Source: Fistulifera solaris
Taxonomy: Eukaryota
Direction: 5' to 3'
DNA length: 64,000 nt
Assembly: GCA_030295235.1 (NCBI GenBank)
Contig: AP026142.1
Coordinates: 620,001-684,000 of the forward strand
Shown here: positions 1 to 12,771 of the stretch, piece by piece
Layout: every line of letters begins with the position of its first letter
How positions within the stretch are numbered: the stretch's first letter is position 1
The notes under the pieces: model-generated
What the model was told of the DNA's origin: nothing
Database searches by the model: none
Seen by the model: the letters and a program-made list of their open reading frames with translations, nothing else
Made by a program: the position numbers and the translations under genes

Positions 1-3000
1 GTGACTATCATCACGGAGATAGTATAGACATTGAAGATCGCTTTGTCTTTACCCGATTGACTTCTCCTACGCCTTTTCTGGCTACTGACAATATCATTGA
101 AGTACGCCGGCGAACCTAACGGTATTGACCTCGCTGCTTTTCAGGCCATTGCCCGTCACTACGAGGTCTTTAACAACGAACTTCGGCATACGATAACGGT
201 GATGATGTTGACGACGTGGCTGATACTCCCAGACCAGTTCTACCAGTCACGCCACGCGTACTATCCAGCGTCAAGACCCAGATCTAGGCCGACTTCGCCC
301 TTACTTCGGTTGGATTTCCCATGACTTAATCAAGAAGACGCTTGAAAATACCACCCAGTATGGCCGCCTCCCACTTCCTGGAAGCACCCTCCTCAAGCGC
401 CTTCAAGTCATCAAATCCTGCTTTGAATGTTCATCGCCCGTTCTGAAGGCGTCGGCGTGTGATATTGTCTACGCCAACACCCGGCTGTTGACAATGGGTC
501 CACGTCTGCAGTCATTTTTGTTGGTCATGATACCATGGTTACAGATGTTTATGGTATCAAAACCGATAGCCAATTCCTCCGGACCTTAGAAGACAATATT
601 CGGCGAACGGGGGAGCCCCTACTCGTCTCCTTAGTGACAGCGCCCAAGTTCTCATCAGCAACGCGGTTCAAGATGTTCTTCGTACTTTTTGCATCGGGAG
701 CATGGCAAAGTGAACCTCATCAACAACAACAAAACCCTGCCGAACGCCGTTTCCAAACGATCAAGAATACTGCCAATCGCATCTTAGATCGTACAGGTGC
801 ACCACCTTCACGTGGCTTCTTTGTCTTCAATACGTGTGTTTTCTACTCAACCACACGTACAACCAAACCTTGAAGACAGTTCCGTTGTTGGCACTGACGG
901 GTTCGACTCCCGATGTTAGTGTTCTCTTGGCGCTTCTATTTTTGGCAACGTGTGTTGTATTTGAAACACGACTATGGCTTCCCTTCTGATTCTTCCGAAG
1001 GCCTTGGAAATATTGTTGGTATTTCTGAACATGTTGGACCCGCTCTTTGCTGGAAGATTCTGTCCGCTGATACTCAGAAAGTCATTTGTCGCTCTTCCGT
1101 TCGTCCGTACACTGCTGACGACCCTAATTTGCGCGCCGCTCGGACTGCCGGGGAGATGTCTACTACTTCTGCTCCTGTCGTTCTGTCCCGTGAACGATTC
1201 AGTCACCGAGAACAGTCCGTTTTCTCTCAGCCCTCCCGACGACGCAGCGACCATGCCTCCTCCGCCACCACTTGTTGATGTCAGTGATTTGATTGGTCGC
1301 GCACGTTTCTGACGGACGTGGCTTCTGATGGGCAGAAACACCGGCGCCAAGGATTGCACGTCTTGTCGACGATTTCGATTCTTCCATCAAACGAGTACCA
1401 GAACGAATCAAGTTTGTATGTAAGGTTGGTGAAGACGAGGCCGAAGAAGTTTTTAGCTATGCCCAGATCATGGCATACCTAGATCAAGACGCTGGATGCT
1501 CCGGTTTGGAAGTTCAAGCGCATCATTTCGCATCAAGGCCCATTTTGCGATGGAGATCCCGAATACAAAGGCTCTTCCTACAATGTTTTGATCGAATGGG
1601 AGAACGGGGAGATCACAGCTGAACCTCTAAATGTTATTGCTTCCGACGACCCCGTGACCTGCGCTATATATGCCAAGGAAAATAACCTCTTGGATGTTCA
1701 GGGTTGGAAGAGATTCAAAGGCATCGCAAAAGACACAAGAAATTCACCCGACTGGTGAACCATGCGAAGCTTCGCTCCTACAACACTGCTCCGCGCTACA
1801 AGTATGGTTTCGAAATTCCCCGAGACTATGCACATGCGATGCGTTTAGACGAGAAAAATAAGAACACCAAGTGGAAAGAGGCAGTTGCTCTAGAGTTGTT
1901 ACAAATTCAAGAGTACGAGACCTTCAAGGACTTAGGTCACAAGTCTGTTGGGAGGCCTCCTCAAGGGTACAAGAAGATTCGTGTCCACTTAGTTTTCGAC
2001 GTCAAGCATGACGGACGTCACAAAGCACGACTGGTGGCAGACGGACATTTAACCGATATCCCTACTGAGTCTGTCTACTCCGGTGTCGTCAGTTTACGGA
2101 GTTTCCGTCTGGTTGCTTTTCTTGCTGAGCTTAATTCTCTCAAGTTCTGGGCTACTGACATTGGCAATGCCTATCTTGAGGCGTTTACTTCCGAACGCGT
2201 CTACATCGAGGCTGGACCTGAGTTCGGAGAATTAGCAGGCCATATTCTCCTTATCAGCAAGGCCCTCTACGGACTACGTACTAGTAGCGCGCAATGGGCG
2301 GATCGATTGGCCGACGTCATGCGTGAATTGGGTTTTCAACAATGCAAGGCTGACCCCTATATTTGGCTACGACGTAACGGAGACGTCTACGAGTATGTTG
2401 CTGTCTATGTCGATGATTTAGCTTTAGCGATGAGGGATCCCCAAGGGTTTGTCAACCTGCTTATGAAACAGTACAGGTTCAAGTTGAAGGGAACCGGCCC
2501 AGTCAGCTTTCACCTTGGTATGGATTTCACTCGTGACAAGGATGGTACTCTCTGCATGTCTCCCAAGAAATACACCGAGAAGATCATTGCGAATTATGAA
2601 CGGATGTACGGGGAGTCGTTGAAACAGAATGTCACTTCACCGTTAGAGAAAGGCGATCATCCAGAATTGGACACTTCGGAGTTTCTGGATGAGAAAAGCA
2701 CTCGAGACTACCAGTCTTTGATCGGTTCGTTACAGTGGTTAATCAGTATCGGACGTTTCCGACATCATGACTGCTGTTATGACGATGTCCGCGTTTCGTT
2801 CCGCTCCAGCGCCAAGGGTCATTTGGATCGAGTTAAGAGAATCTTCGGATACATTTGAAGATGCGGAACGCCGCCATCCGTTTTCGTACAGGACTTCCCG
2901 GATCTGTCCGATCTACCTAATTTCGAGTACGATTGGTCCAAGTCAGTCTACGGTGATGTGAAAGAGATTCTTCCCCATGATGCTCCCGGAACCTCTCGGT

Positions 3001-3502
3001 ATGCCAGTTGTTTCTACACATTACGTCGATGCAAACTTAATGCATTGCATGGCTACGGGGAGATCTGTGACTGGCATTCTGCATTTTCTTAATCAGACGG
3101 CCGATTGATTGGTATTCCAAGAAGCAAGCTACCGTCGGAAACTGCCACCTATGGATCCGAATTTGTCGCCGCAGGACGTGTGTCGAACAGATCATCGATA
3201 TCCGAAACACACTTCGCTACCTGGGAGTTCCTATTCGTGACAAGGCTTATATGTTTGGTGACAACCAATCGGTTGTCAATAGTGCGACTCAAGTTCATGC
3301 CAAGCTACACAAGCGTCACACGATGCTTTCGTTTCATCGAGTTCGCGAGGCAATTGCATCTGGTATGATTGCTTTCCTTCACATTCCTGGCGAAATGAAC
3401 CCGGCCGATATTCTCAGTAAGCATTGGGGATATTCGCAGATCTGGCCGCGTCTAAAGGCAGTACTGTTTTGGATGGGTGACACCTCGGAGATCGGAGACT
3501 AG
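1..3502 (+). pseudogene. copia pol polyprotein (INT, chromo-like, RT, RNase H), split by many frameshifts
   Basis: Fragments in ORFs 535-873, 913-1278, 1704-2858, 3105-3368 and 3251-3502 join in alternating frames; stop TAG at 3500-3502. Decay and assembly error cannot be distinguished. Confidence 0.85.
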
Positions 3503-3635
3503 CTTACGGTTTCAAGGAGTCGGCTCATATGTGTGATTTTGTGCTGAGTGGTTTTATATGTTTATGTGTCAGAGCGAGGCAAACAGTTATGGAGTTTGGT
3601 GGAATTGGTTCGGATTTAAATTTGAGATCGTGTCT

Positions 3636-3649
3636 GAGAAGACGGGGAG
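3636..3649 (+). other. polypurine tract (PPT)
   Basis: GAGAAGACGGGGAG lies immediately before the TG that starts the LTR. Confidence 0.8.
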
Positions 3650-4167
3650 TGACAAATTGTGTTTAGTTTTGGATCGTGAGCATTCGGGACTTCTAGTGTG
3701 GACGGAGTGTAGTCACTGTCTGAATGATAGTGAGTTTGTGGATCCGGTACTCCAGGTATCTTTTGGAGTTTGCTTCCGCCCCACGTCATCGGAAGTTTGG
3801 GTACAAATACAAGTTCTTCTCTTGACACGTCGCAGAGGTGTGTGTAGTGTGTGGTATATTGTTCTACGTGACGTACAAAGTGGTACGAGAGCTAGGGAAG
3901 TTATGTTAAAGTCTACGGCGGCTTAGTACTTGGTAAATGGCGACGTCGACAAAATCAGGTTCAAGTTCACAAGATCTTGACTTCATTTTACCTTCGTTTT
4001 TTGCAGTCTCACATGAATAACAATAGTGAATTTGGTTTGCCTCGACTTTCCTTGTTCGCTTTATTCTATCGCATCCTGTCTCCTGAAGACAAGCTTTCTT
4101 TCGTTCTCGCTTCCTGTTTTGAAGATTCGTTTCGGGTGAGCTATCTGTGCGCTCCCGGAATTTGTCA
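3650..4167 (+). repeat. 3' LTR, 518 bp
   Basis: Starts TGACAAATT directly after the PPT and ends AATTTGTCA (4159-4167): a perfect 9-bp terminal inverted repeat with TG..CA ends. Confidence 0.8.
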
Positions 4168-4280
4168 CTTTTCATTTTTACTATTTTCTGATTCGTATCT
4201 TCTTGTTTCTCGTACTCACGTGTATCGTTAATTCATGAATACCATATAATTATAAAAATAAATAGTTACTTTATCTTATT

Positions 4281-4314
4281 CACCACTCACCACTCACCAC
4301 TCACCACTCACCAC
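4281..4314. repeat. (CACCACT)x5 heptamer tandem repeat
   Basis: Read directly from the sequence. Confidence 0.95.
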
Positions 4315-4629
4315 CAATGAGTCAAAGGATAAAAGATCCTTGGAAAAAATAGGAAATAGGTGTATAGCAGAATGGGATGATACTTGTATCTTGTATGGGG
4401 TATTGGGTACCAGTAACCAGTATTTGTAATTTGTACCAAGCCTGATACAGTACGGTACCGCATATCGCTTACAGTAAGTACCATTGAAAAAAAACAAGTA
4501 CGGAGTACTCAGTAGTAACCAGAGTCCCGAGTCCCGAGCTATCTCCAACTCCAACCCACTCAATTTCAAAACTCACAAAAAAAATACAAGCAAGAAAAAG
4601 CTCAACAACAACAAACTACCGGTACCACC

Positions 4630-6088
4630 ATGCAGTTTCTACGATCCATCATCATCATCCTCTCCATTGCGGCATTTGCTCTTCTTTCTCCGGAAACAGA
4701 AGCGCCAATTTCTCAATATAGGAACTTGCTTGCGTTTCCGCAACCGATGTGGATATGGTCAAATCTATGTCAAGCTTGCTGATAATTCTGGTTGTAAAAC
4801 CAAGTGTGTTCGCCAGCGTTACGCTCAATTCAATGCTTTCTGATGGATGGACTTATGGAAAATGTCCTCCCTCGATGCTTCCGATAGCAAGACCGAGCTT
4901 CAAGATGCAGTATATATGGTGATACAAGATCTCACATTGGCCAAGGCAGCATTGGCCGACACGTATGGTTGGCCAATTGGAAAGTGGTGCTTTACTTCAA
5001 GCCGTCAAGGATATGAGCAATCTTTTGCCGAGGCTGTATGGTTCAACGAAGCTTTGTCTGATTGGGACACTTCCAATGTAGAGAATATGAACGGAATGTT
5101 CTATGGCTGCAGGAGCCTTCAACAGGGATATTGGCTTGTGGAATGTTGGCCGCGTCACCGACATGTCGTACATGTTTGCGTATGCCACATCGTTTGATCA
5201 GGATTTGTCTGGTTGGGACACATCGAATGTGGAAAACATGAAGGAAATGTTCCCTGGCACAGGAGCCTTGAACATTGGTTCGTGGAACGTTGGTCGGGTA
5301 ACAGACATGTCAAACATGTTTGCGGAGTCTAGTTTTTTCAATCAGGATTTGTCACCCTGGGACACTTCAAAGGTGGTGGACATGAGCTTTATGTTTTGGT
5401 TTGCACCATCTTTCAATGCGGACGTTAGCGCTTGGAACGTATCCCGTGACAAGCATGTCCAGCATGTTTTATGGGGCTTCATCGTTCGAACAGAATTTGT
5501 CGTCATGGGACACTTCGAACGTGGAGAATTTGAATAGCATGTTTTCGTATGCATCATCTTTCAATGCTGACATTGGCTCTTGGAATGTTGGCCGTGTTAC
5601 CGACATGAGCCTTATGTTTTTGAGTGCCATTCTTTTCCAACAGGATTTGTCAAGCTGGGACACTTCACAAGTGGAGAATATGAACCGCATGTTTTCGTAT
5701 GCATCATCCTTCAATGCTGACATTGGCTCCTGGAATGTGTCCCATGTCAAAAATATGAATTTCATGTTCAATAGTGCTGTCAACTTCAATCAGGATTTGT
5801 CAATCTGGGACACTTCGAACGTCATGAGTATGTCAAGAATGTTTCAGTATGCACCATCCTTCAATGGTGACATTAGCTCCTGGGATGTATCCCGTGTGAC
5901 AAACATGTATTTTATGTTTAACGACGCGACCAACTTCAACCAAGATCTCTGTGAGTGGGGAAGCCAATTCGCGTGACCAATTTGTCAACCTTTTCTCCAT
6001 GTTTAATGGATCAGGCTGTCCTGAACAAGGCGACCCTGATTTTTTTGGTCAATCCGGCCGGGTCCGTTTTTGTTCTGCCTGCAACTGA
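4630..6088 (+). CDS. DUF285/BspA-like surface repeat protein with signal peptide (frameshifted)
   Basis: ATG 4630 gives MQFLRSIIIILSIAAFA. About 12 repeats of ~25 aa, FNxDxSxWDTSNVxNMxxMF, run across ORFs 4847, 5103 and 5401. Cys-containing tail GPFCSACN* ends at 6088. Confidence 0.85.
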
Positions 6089-7238
6089 TGTGCGACAAAC
6101 ATATTATTCAAACAAACAAGTACCGTAGCAATAACCTAATTAATTTTATTCCTTCATTTCCTTAACTCGGAATGCAATTTCGACATTCGGACTGATTTTT
6201 TGGTGTCCATTATTTTAATTTTCTCACAAATTGCTCAAGCTGGCCCGTGTGTCACGGAATTGCGGATAGCGGACAGACTACTAGGGATTTAGCCAATTTA
6301 GCCGCACGACCTAATGCGAACTCCGATCCCTAAATCGGAAGCATCCGGAGCGTAACCTCATGGGAGAGGCCCAAGGGTCTTTGCATGATTTGGTTTGATC
6401 GTAAAGAAGGTGGAAGTTGTCAAGCGATGCAATACAAGAGTGTTAGAGCCACATACGTGAGCTCAGAATTTCAAGATAAAACAAGACCTAGTCCGATGGC
6501 AGAGTGACATTCTCGGCGGAACCATCACCCAGTGAGATTCCACCTTGTTCATTTTGTCGGATTTGTAAAGGCTTTATAATATTGTTGTTTGGAAAACTTT
6601 GACTGTTTGTTGTCTTAGTTCTACCAGATACTTCCTCGTCTGTTGTTGCGAAACGTAGCGACTTGGTTGACAGAAAATACTTCCAATATCTGTTCGTCGA
6701 CACGTGAGACCATGCTGAGTAAGCTCTCACGCACTAGTGCTAGTAAAGGGCGAGACCTGAACACGTTGGCGAAAGGTTTTGTGCCGTTGCAGTCAAACAG
6801 ACCCAAAAAATGGACGATGTCGAATTACACCATATCCGGTTTCTCCCCGTTGATAAATTTTTTCCCTACGGGGCCTACGTGAAATTTACGTGTGCTGTGT
6901 AGACATTTGACATTCGCAGCATTGAATCTTTCCTCTTTTCTACCTTGAGGTAAAAGAAGATGATGCCCCTATATAAAAAAGTAAAGACTCTATGTTGGTG
7001 AAATAATAACAAAATTGGTGCAAGTGGTTGTGAAAATCGGCAGGGCGACATGCAGAATGCCCGGGTACCCCTACATGGATAAAATTCCTACTGGTGCAAC
7101 GTAGAATCCACGTAGGCACTCTTCCGAAGCGCATACTACGTACGCCCTCTTCGCATTTTCACAATCAGCGCAACGGTGTTATTGTGGCCGGTCTTTCGCT
7201 TCTACTTCATTTAATCATCAAAAGGTCTAACGAAAAAG

Positions 7239-8769
7239 ATGTTCAGAGGCAGAGACTCGCCCCCTCATGACGGAAAACGGAAGGGAGATTATGGAGATCA
7301 CGATGGATATGCGGACAGTCGTTCATGGTGACTACGACTCGAAGCGATCTCGGCGAGGTGATTAATTATTATAGCGATGATGGCTCCCCTTCGATTAAAG
7401 ATTCGATGATGCGCATCAATAAAGGGTTCTCTCACTGTAATGATTACTTTTTTCTTTTCAAAGGCTACGATTTTCCGGATGAAAGAAGTAGTGATAGCCG
7501 CAACCTGCGTCATGACTCACTAAATTACGACGATTGGAAGTGCTTCGAGGTAATTCGGTTTTTTATTTGACACCAACCATTGCTTTGTCTATTTTTCTGT
7601 TGCTCGTCACTGATGATTTGTCCCGTTGACGTACGAAGTGCTTGACGTGGAACTACCCGGACGACCGCCGCTGCAATCGTTGCGGGGAATATCGCCCCGA
7701 TGAAGGAGACAACCAGCATTACCAGAAGGCAGAAAGATTCTATTCGGGCGTCGTTCCAGCAGATGACGAAACAGAAGTAGATGAGTTTGGGAGAGCTGTA
7801 AAGAAACCAACTGAGAAAAGAAACGCTCCAGAATGGCCTCCTTGTTTCGACTCGGCAGGGTCAGCTTTTGTGTTTGATGCCCGTTCGGGGATGTTTTATG
7901 AGGGGATCAGCGACTTCTTTTATGACCCGAAAAGCAAGTTGTACTATGGAAACAAAAAGGGAATGTATTACAAATACAACAGCGACATGACTCCGCCTTT
8001 TGAGCCCGTGCAAGCGGTCCAAAGCGAAACTGCAGGAAAGTCCAGTAGTATGGACCCAGTGCCGATTCTAGACCCGTCACGACCGGAAAATGGAATCGAG
8101 GGGTCCAAGAAGAGCATCGTGATCAAGTTGAAAACAAAGTCGCTGAAGAGCACAAAGTCGAAATCGCAAGCACCGTCTACAGAAGCACCGGATACGACTG
8201 TTGCGATCACGCAGCTGCGCGTTCACAAGCAGCATGAGCTAGACATAGACAAATGGTCGGATCGTCAAGTTGAAAAGCGGATCGAAGATCGTCAGTTTCA
8301 GCGAACAGCCAAGGGTGAGCCAATGTGTCCTTTGTGCCGCCGTAAGTTTCCTTCGGTAGAAAAATTACTACAGCATGAGAAGGTTTCACAGCTCCACAAG
8401 GATAATCTGGCCAAGGCTGCTCAGGCCAAGAAAGAAGTACCTTCTCAATACGTAGATCGTGCTGAACAACGGCGGAGTATGTACGGCCCGGATGTTCCCG
8501 CATTACCGAACCGGGAACTATCTACGGAAACAGCTGCGAATTCGAATGAAAAGACGCCGATCGTTGACAGTCTCGACAATGAATCGAATATTGGCAACCA
8601 GCTTCTTCGTAAAATGGGATGGAAAGAAGGGGGTGCGGTAGGCGGTCGATCCGAAGGCTTGTCTGCTGCAGCCGGCCTGGTGAAGGACTGGGAACGAATT
8701 GAACAACTAGCAGAACAAGGAGGAAAAGATCGATCCGGGCGCAGTGGAGGCGGCGTTGGCGCTTTGTAG
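7239..8769 (+). CDS. RBM5/RBM10/SUA-like splicing factor (RanBP2 Zn finger, OCRE, C2H2, G-patch)
   Basis: Intron 7550-7638 joins DDWKCFE to CLTWNYPDDRRCNRC (RanBP2 finger). OCRE FVFDARSGMFY..FFYDPKSKLYY; CPLCRRKF..HEKVSQLH; G-patch NIGNQLLRKMGWKEG. The start is tentative because exon 1 has a frameshift. Confidence 0.8.
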
Positions 8770-8833
8770 TGCATGTTTCAACAATTCGATGTTTAGATTT
8801 GCAAAAAAGCCTATACGTGTTCATCCTTGTGAT

Positions 8834-9547
8834 TTATGTAGTTAAAAACAGTGTCAACAAACCTTTGGCGAACAAGAAAATCTCTTTTCCTCCCAATTTC
8901 GATTCCCCATAAATTCGATCGACAAATGTGATAGGGACTTCTCCGACACGGTAGCCTGCCTTTTTCGCCAAAATAACAATTTCCATTTGAAAGGCATAGC
9001 CCGTACAAGTCACTTTCGGAAGAATATGTTCGATTGCCCTGCGTTCATACAATCGAAAACTCCCGGTCAAATCGGAAACACCTCCCGCATCCAACAAAAA
9101 AGTGGCCAACGTGTTGGCACCTTTGCTGACCACTTTGCGTTTCAAATCCCATCCCGCCACACCTCCACCGCGACGGTACCGTGTTCCACTGACAATTTCG
9201 ACGTTGTCGCGGTCCATGACGTGGATCATTTCGGGAATCACGCTGGGATGATGCGACAAATCGGCGTCCATGAGTACAATGCGATCGCCCTTGGCGACTT
9301 TCAAACCGGCAATATAGGCTGTGCCGAGTCCCAGTTTTCCCGCTCGAGAAACGATTTGCATATATTCTTTGCCATACGATGATTGTAATTGTTGGGCGAC
9401 CTCTAAAGTACCGTCCGGCGAAGCATCATCTACCACCACTACTTCAAAGTCTATGTGCTTTGCGGAGAGTGTTTTGTGCAACAGATAAAATATTATGGGT
9501 AAATTCTCCCGTTCATTGAATGTTGGAAGGATAATCGAGTATTTCAT
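8834..9547 (-). CDS. DPM1: dolichol-phosphate mannosyltransferase catalytic subunit
   Basis: [62 protein letters not shown]; intact 237-aa ORF. Confidence 0.95.
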   Translation of the reverse strand: MKYSIILPTFNERENLPIIFYLLHKTLSAKHIDFEVVVVDDASPDGTLEVAQQLQSSYGKEYMQIVSRAGKLGLGTAYIAGLKVAKGDRIVLMDADLSHHPSVIPEMIHVMDRDNVEIVSGTRYRRGGGVAGWDLKRKVVSKGANTLATFLLDAGGVSDLTGSFRLYERRAIEHILPKVTCTGYAFQMEIVILAKKAGYRVGEVPITFVDRIYGESKLGGKEIFLFAKGLLTLFLTT

Positions 9548-10139
9548 CGTGTTTAATTCTCTGTAAAGATAGATATTTTATAATAGTACTCGTTTGAAGT
9601 CGAATGACACGCATTATTGTTGTGTGTTGTGTGTCGCTACATACTTCGTACTTTTTGTAATCACTCCGTAATTCATACGTAATAATTCATAATCAGTCGT
9701 TTTTCGTTGCAACGACCCCATTCATGAATGTGTCTGCCGTCGACGGGCTGCGTGAAACTGATCTTGCCAGCGCGCGAGCCTGTTTTTCCCACTTCCAGGA
9801 AAAATTCCAGGCAGCCATAGTTGAGAATGCGTTGGGTGGTTCAAGAATGAGCTCCAAAGTGGCGAGCGCGCAACGCAGTCTCTCACGAATGTGGAGCCGT
9901 GATGCAGGCTACTGTCAATTGGAGAGTACAATGGTCTACGGTAGGAGGGAAAAAATACTCATGCCGCCACTCACTCACACTGCTCATCACGTTTTTCCCT
10001 TCATTCGAAAATAAATATTCTTCTTCTTGTTGTCAACTCTTTGGTCTACAAGACGGTTGCTGTGATCACTTTGATCAGGCTCTCTCTCTCTCATTAATAA
10101 GTTGATAAAAGAAAAGCGTCCAGGTAAACGGCATACGGA

Positions 10140-11935
10140 ATGGTGGACGCATCGAGTATGACGATGCTGCATGCAGCCGATGCGACTTTGACTGCCGCAA
10201 ATGAGAATGTAGACAAATTAGAACCAACCAACAACCCAAGCTTTCCACAAACACCCGAGACGAAATCAATTGCTACAGCAAAGAGTGAAAATACGGCGAA
10301 AACGGCTTATACAACCGACACGGATTCGTCTGCCCGACAGAATAAGTCTGACAACAAATCGTTTGACGAAGACGACGAAGAAGAGGAAGAAAAATCGACA
10401 GAAGTAGATGCACATTTTTATCCTCATTACGAAATTGTGTCTCGCTGGAGTGACTTAACGCAAAAACGACTCGATCTCTGTCGACAGCGTGTCGATCTTG
10501 AACAGCGCCTATTTGAATTTGCCGAATTGCGACAGCATCGCGATCGCAGTGAAAAGACGTGGCATTCGTTTCGTGATCCGCGCGAAGAAGAAAAGCACGA
10601 TCCTTCTGCTTTCTTTAACGGTTCGCTGCGTCAACCGGAACCGACTTCTCCTACGACTGAAAAACCGTCCGCTTACCCGACACTGTGTTCCGTCCGTTGG
10701 GAGACGGTTCATTTTCCGGATGGTCAGATCTATGAAGGACAAGTCCTTGTATTACTTAAACGGAGTCAAGCGGAGCCGGACGTGGAAGAGAAGAAGTCGA
10801 GGCGGGGGTTGTTTGGTGGCGGTGCCAAAGATAAAAAGAGCAAACAGGTTCGTGTTTCAAATGGAAATCATTGAGACATTACGCACACATTCTCACACCT
10901 CTCTTCCAACAGAATGCCAAAATTGTGACGACTACGGAGTGGATACGCCACGGTCATGGCTACAATCGCTGGCCAGATGGACAAGTGTATCGCGGCGCTT
11001 GGCACTGGAACAGTCGGCACGGAAGAGGCACGCACGCGTGGCCCGATGGCCGAACGGTCACCGGCTCGTGGCAATCCGGACATTTACACGGTCGTATCTT
11101 TTTCTCGTGGCCAGATGATAGTACCTTTGATGGGAACTCGGTCTTGGGTAAGAAGCATGGCAGAGGTGTGCATACCTGGAACGGAGGGAAACGAGTCTAT
11201 TCGGGAGAGTATGAAAGCGGTTATGAACAAGGATTCGGATGTCTGGTCGAGCAAGAAGGAGGTGTTGATGATGAAAGTGGCTCGCAAATCCGATATCGAG
11301 GCAATTTTAAAGCCGGAAGACGCCATGGATACGGTGTCCAGGTGTGGAGCGACAAAACCTACGATGGCGACTGGGAAGCCAATGTTGTTCACGGAAGAGG
11401 TAAACTCACCTGGCACAGTACTGGTGCAAGCTATACAGGTGACTTTCGAGCTGGTCGCTACCATGGAATGGGAAGTTATCAGCACCCCACAGGACGAAAA
11501 TATGTTGGTCAGTGGTACAAAGGCCGAAAAAATGGAACTGGAGTGCAGTGCTGGCCGAACGGAGCCATGTACAGCGGTCTTTACTGGCGTGGAAAGCGTC
11601 ATGGATATGGGGGCATGGTCTACGCTGACGGAAGCTTATACAAAGGAGGATGGAAGAAAGGACGACGTAGTGGATTTGGGATCAACATCTCATCGAATGG
11701 TCGAGTCATCCACTGTGGCTTATGGAGTAATAATCAGCCCGTACCTTTGCCTGAATTTCCTTTGAAAAGACCTTTATTTTGCAAGGGCAGCAGTGCCGAC
11801 GATCAGTTTCTACTGTTCAAAACCCCGAGTCATGCCGTATCTTCATGGAATGAAGCGGAGCACGCTCTGAATCGAAAGTTTTTTCCCATTGACGAGAACA
11901 CACCGGTATCACGACAGTTGTTTGCTGTTTTGTGA
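10140..11935 (+). CDS. MORN-repeat protein
   Basis: Intron 10848-10912 joins ORFs 10140 and 10871 in frame. About 10 repeats of the form YxGxWxxGxxHGxG. Confidence 0.85.
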
Positions 11936-12264
11936 TAACAAGAGTATTTTTGTAGAAAAAACGACGACCTGATCTCGAAATCGCCTGGGCAAAGATGATG
12001 TAACGAGCTTTCACATCAATAGCGGTGAAAGATGAATCATAGCCTATTTCTTGAAGAGATAGATATCATGAATTTTAAGCCTTTGCTATTACCTTTCTTT
12101 TCTAGCATGTAGGTCTTTAAGAGTTTTGTTTCTTTGCGGCTGTCTCTCTCTTTTTACCGTTCAAGTCGGGGAGGTGCGAGAGTCACGAGCATTTGGCGGC
12201 ATAGTCTCAACCGTATCATTATTATCATCCATCAGGTATTTCTGACTTTTCTCATCTTAGTCTT

Positions 12265-12771
12265 CTACAGATCAGGAAGCTGGATGATTGGATTTTCCAC
12301 TAATTCCGGGAAATTCTGAATGATGAAAGCAATGGTGATGATAAATACAGAAATAAAGCCGATCCAGTTCTGACGATACGGGCTTAATATTTCACCCCAT
12401 AACTTTTCATCCGGTACTTGCTTTCCGGACTGACGAGCCGCAATACGAGCGGCTTCCCGCTCTTGTTCACGCTTTAAAGCTTCTTCGTCTACCCAATAAT
12501 CTTGACCTTTCTCTTTGGCGTTGCTGGAGATCAAAGGACGGCTTTCGGATTGTTCCCAAAACGCCGCATCTTCCGGAGATCGACCCGTCAGTAAGTCTCT
12601 CACACGATTCCTTCTCTTCTTAAGATCACGTCGGGCCTTACGAGGAGGTGGAGCAGAAAAGAGAGTTGTGGAAGGCAGCAGCGAGTTGGGCTTCTTTGTC
12701 GAGTGAACAAAGGCTGTTGCTTTCGCTGCAAAGTATACGAGAACGAGTGCGGTAACTCCCAAAGTTCGCAT
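12265..12771 (-). CDS. plastid-targeted small membrane protein of unknown function
   Basis: Signal peptide MRTLGVTALVLVYFAAKATA-F (ASAF-like), then a transit-like stretch, and a C-terminal TM helix WIGFISVFIITIAFII. Confidence 0.7.
   Translation of the reverse strand: MRTLGVTALVLVYFAAKATAFVHSTKKPNSLLPSTTLFSAPPPRKARRDLKKRRNRVRDLLTGRSPEDAAFWEQSESRPLISSNAKEKGQDYWVDEEALKREQEREAARIAARQSGKQVPDEKLWGEILSPYRQNWIGFISVFIITIAFIIQNFPELVENPIIQLPDL

Larger units (their letters stand above)
1..4167 (+). mobile_element. Ty1/copia LTR retrotransposon (CoDi-like), 3' portion; 5' part lies outside the window
   Basis: Order is integrase (WQSEPHQQQQNPAERRFQTIK), RT (VFDVKHDGRHKARLVADG, ALYGL, YVAVYVDDL), RNase H (ETATYGSEFVA, NPADILSKHW), which is the copia order. 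Followed by a PPT and an LTR. Confidence 0.95.

Noticed and set aside
3558..4231. ORFs downstream of pol (possible env-like gene)
   Set aside because: They are short, lie within the 3' UTR/LTR and show no recognisable motifs.
4281..4314. Telomere-like repeat
   Set aside because: Only 5 internal units, not TTAGGG-type, and part of the wider 7-bp stutter tract.
10956..11765. 269-aa overlapping ORF and similar antisense ORFs elsewhere
   Set aside because: Alternative-frame shadows of recognised genes.
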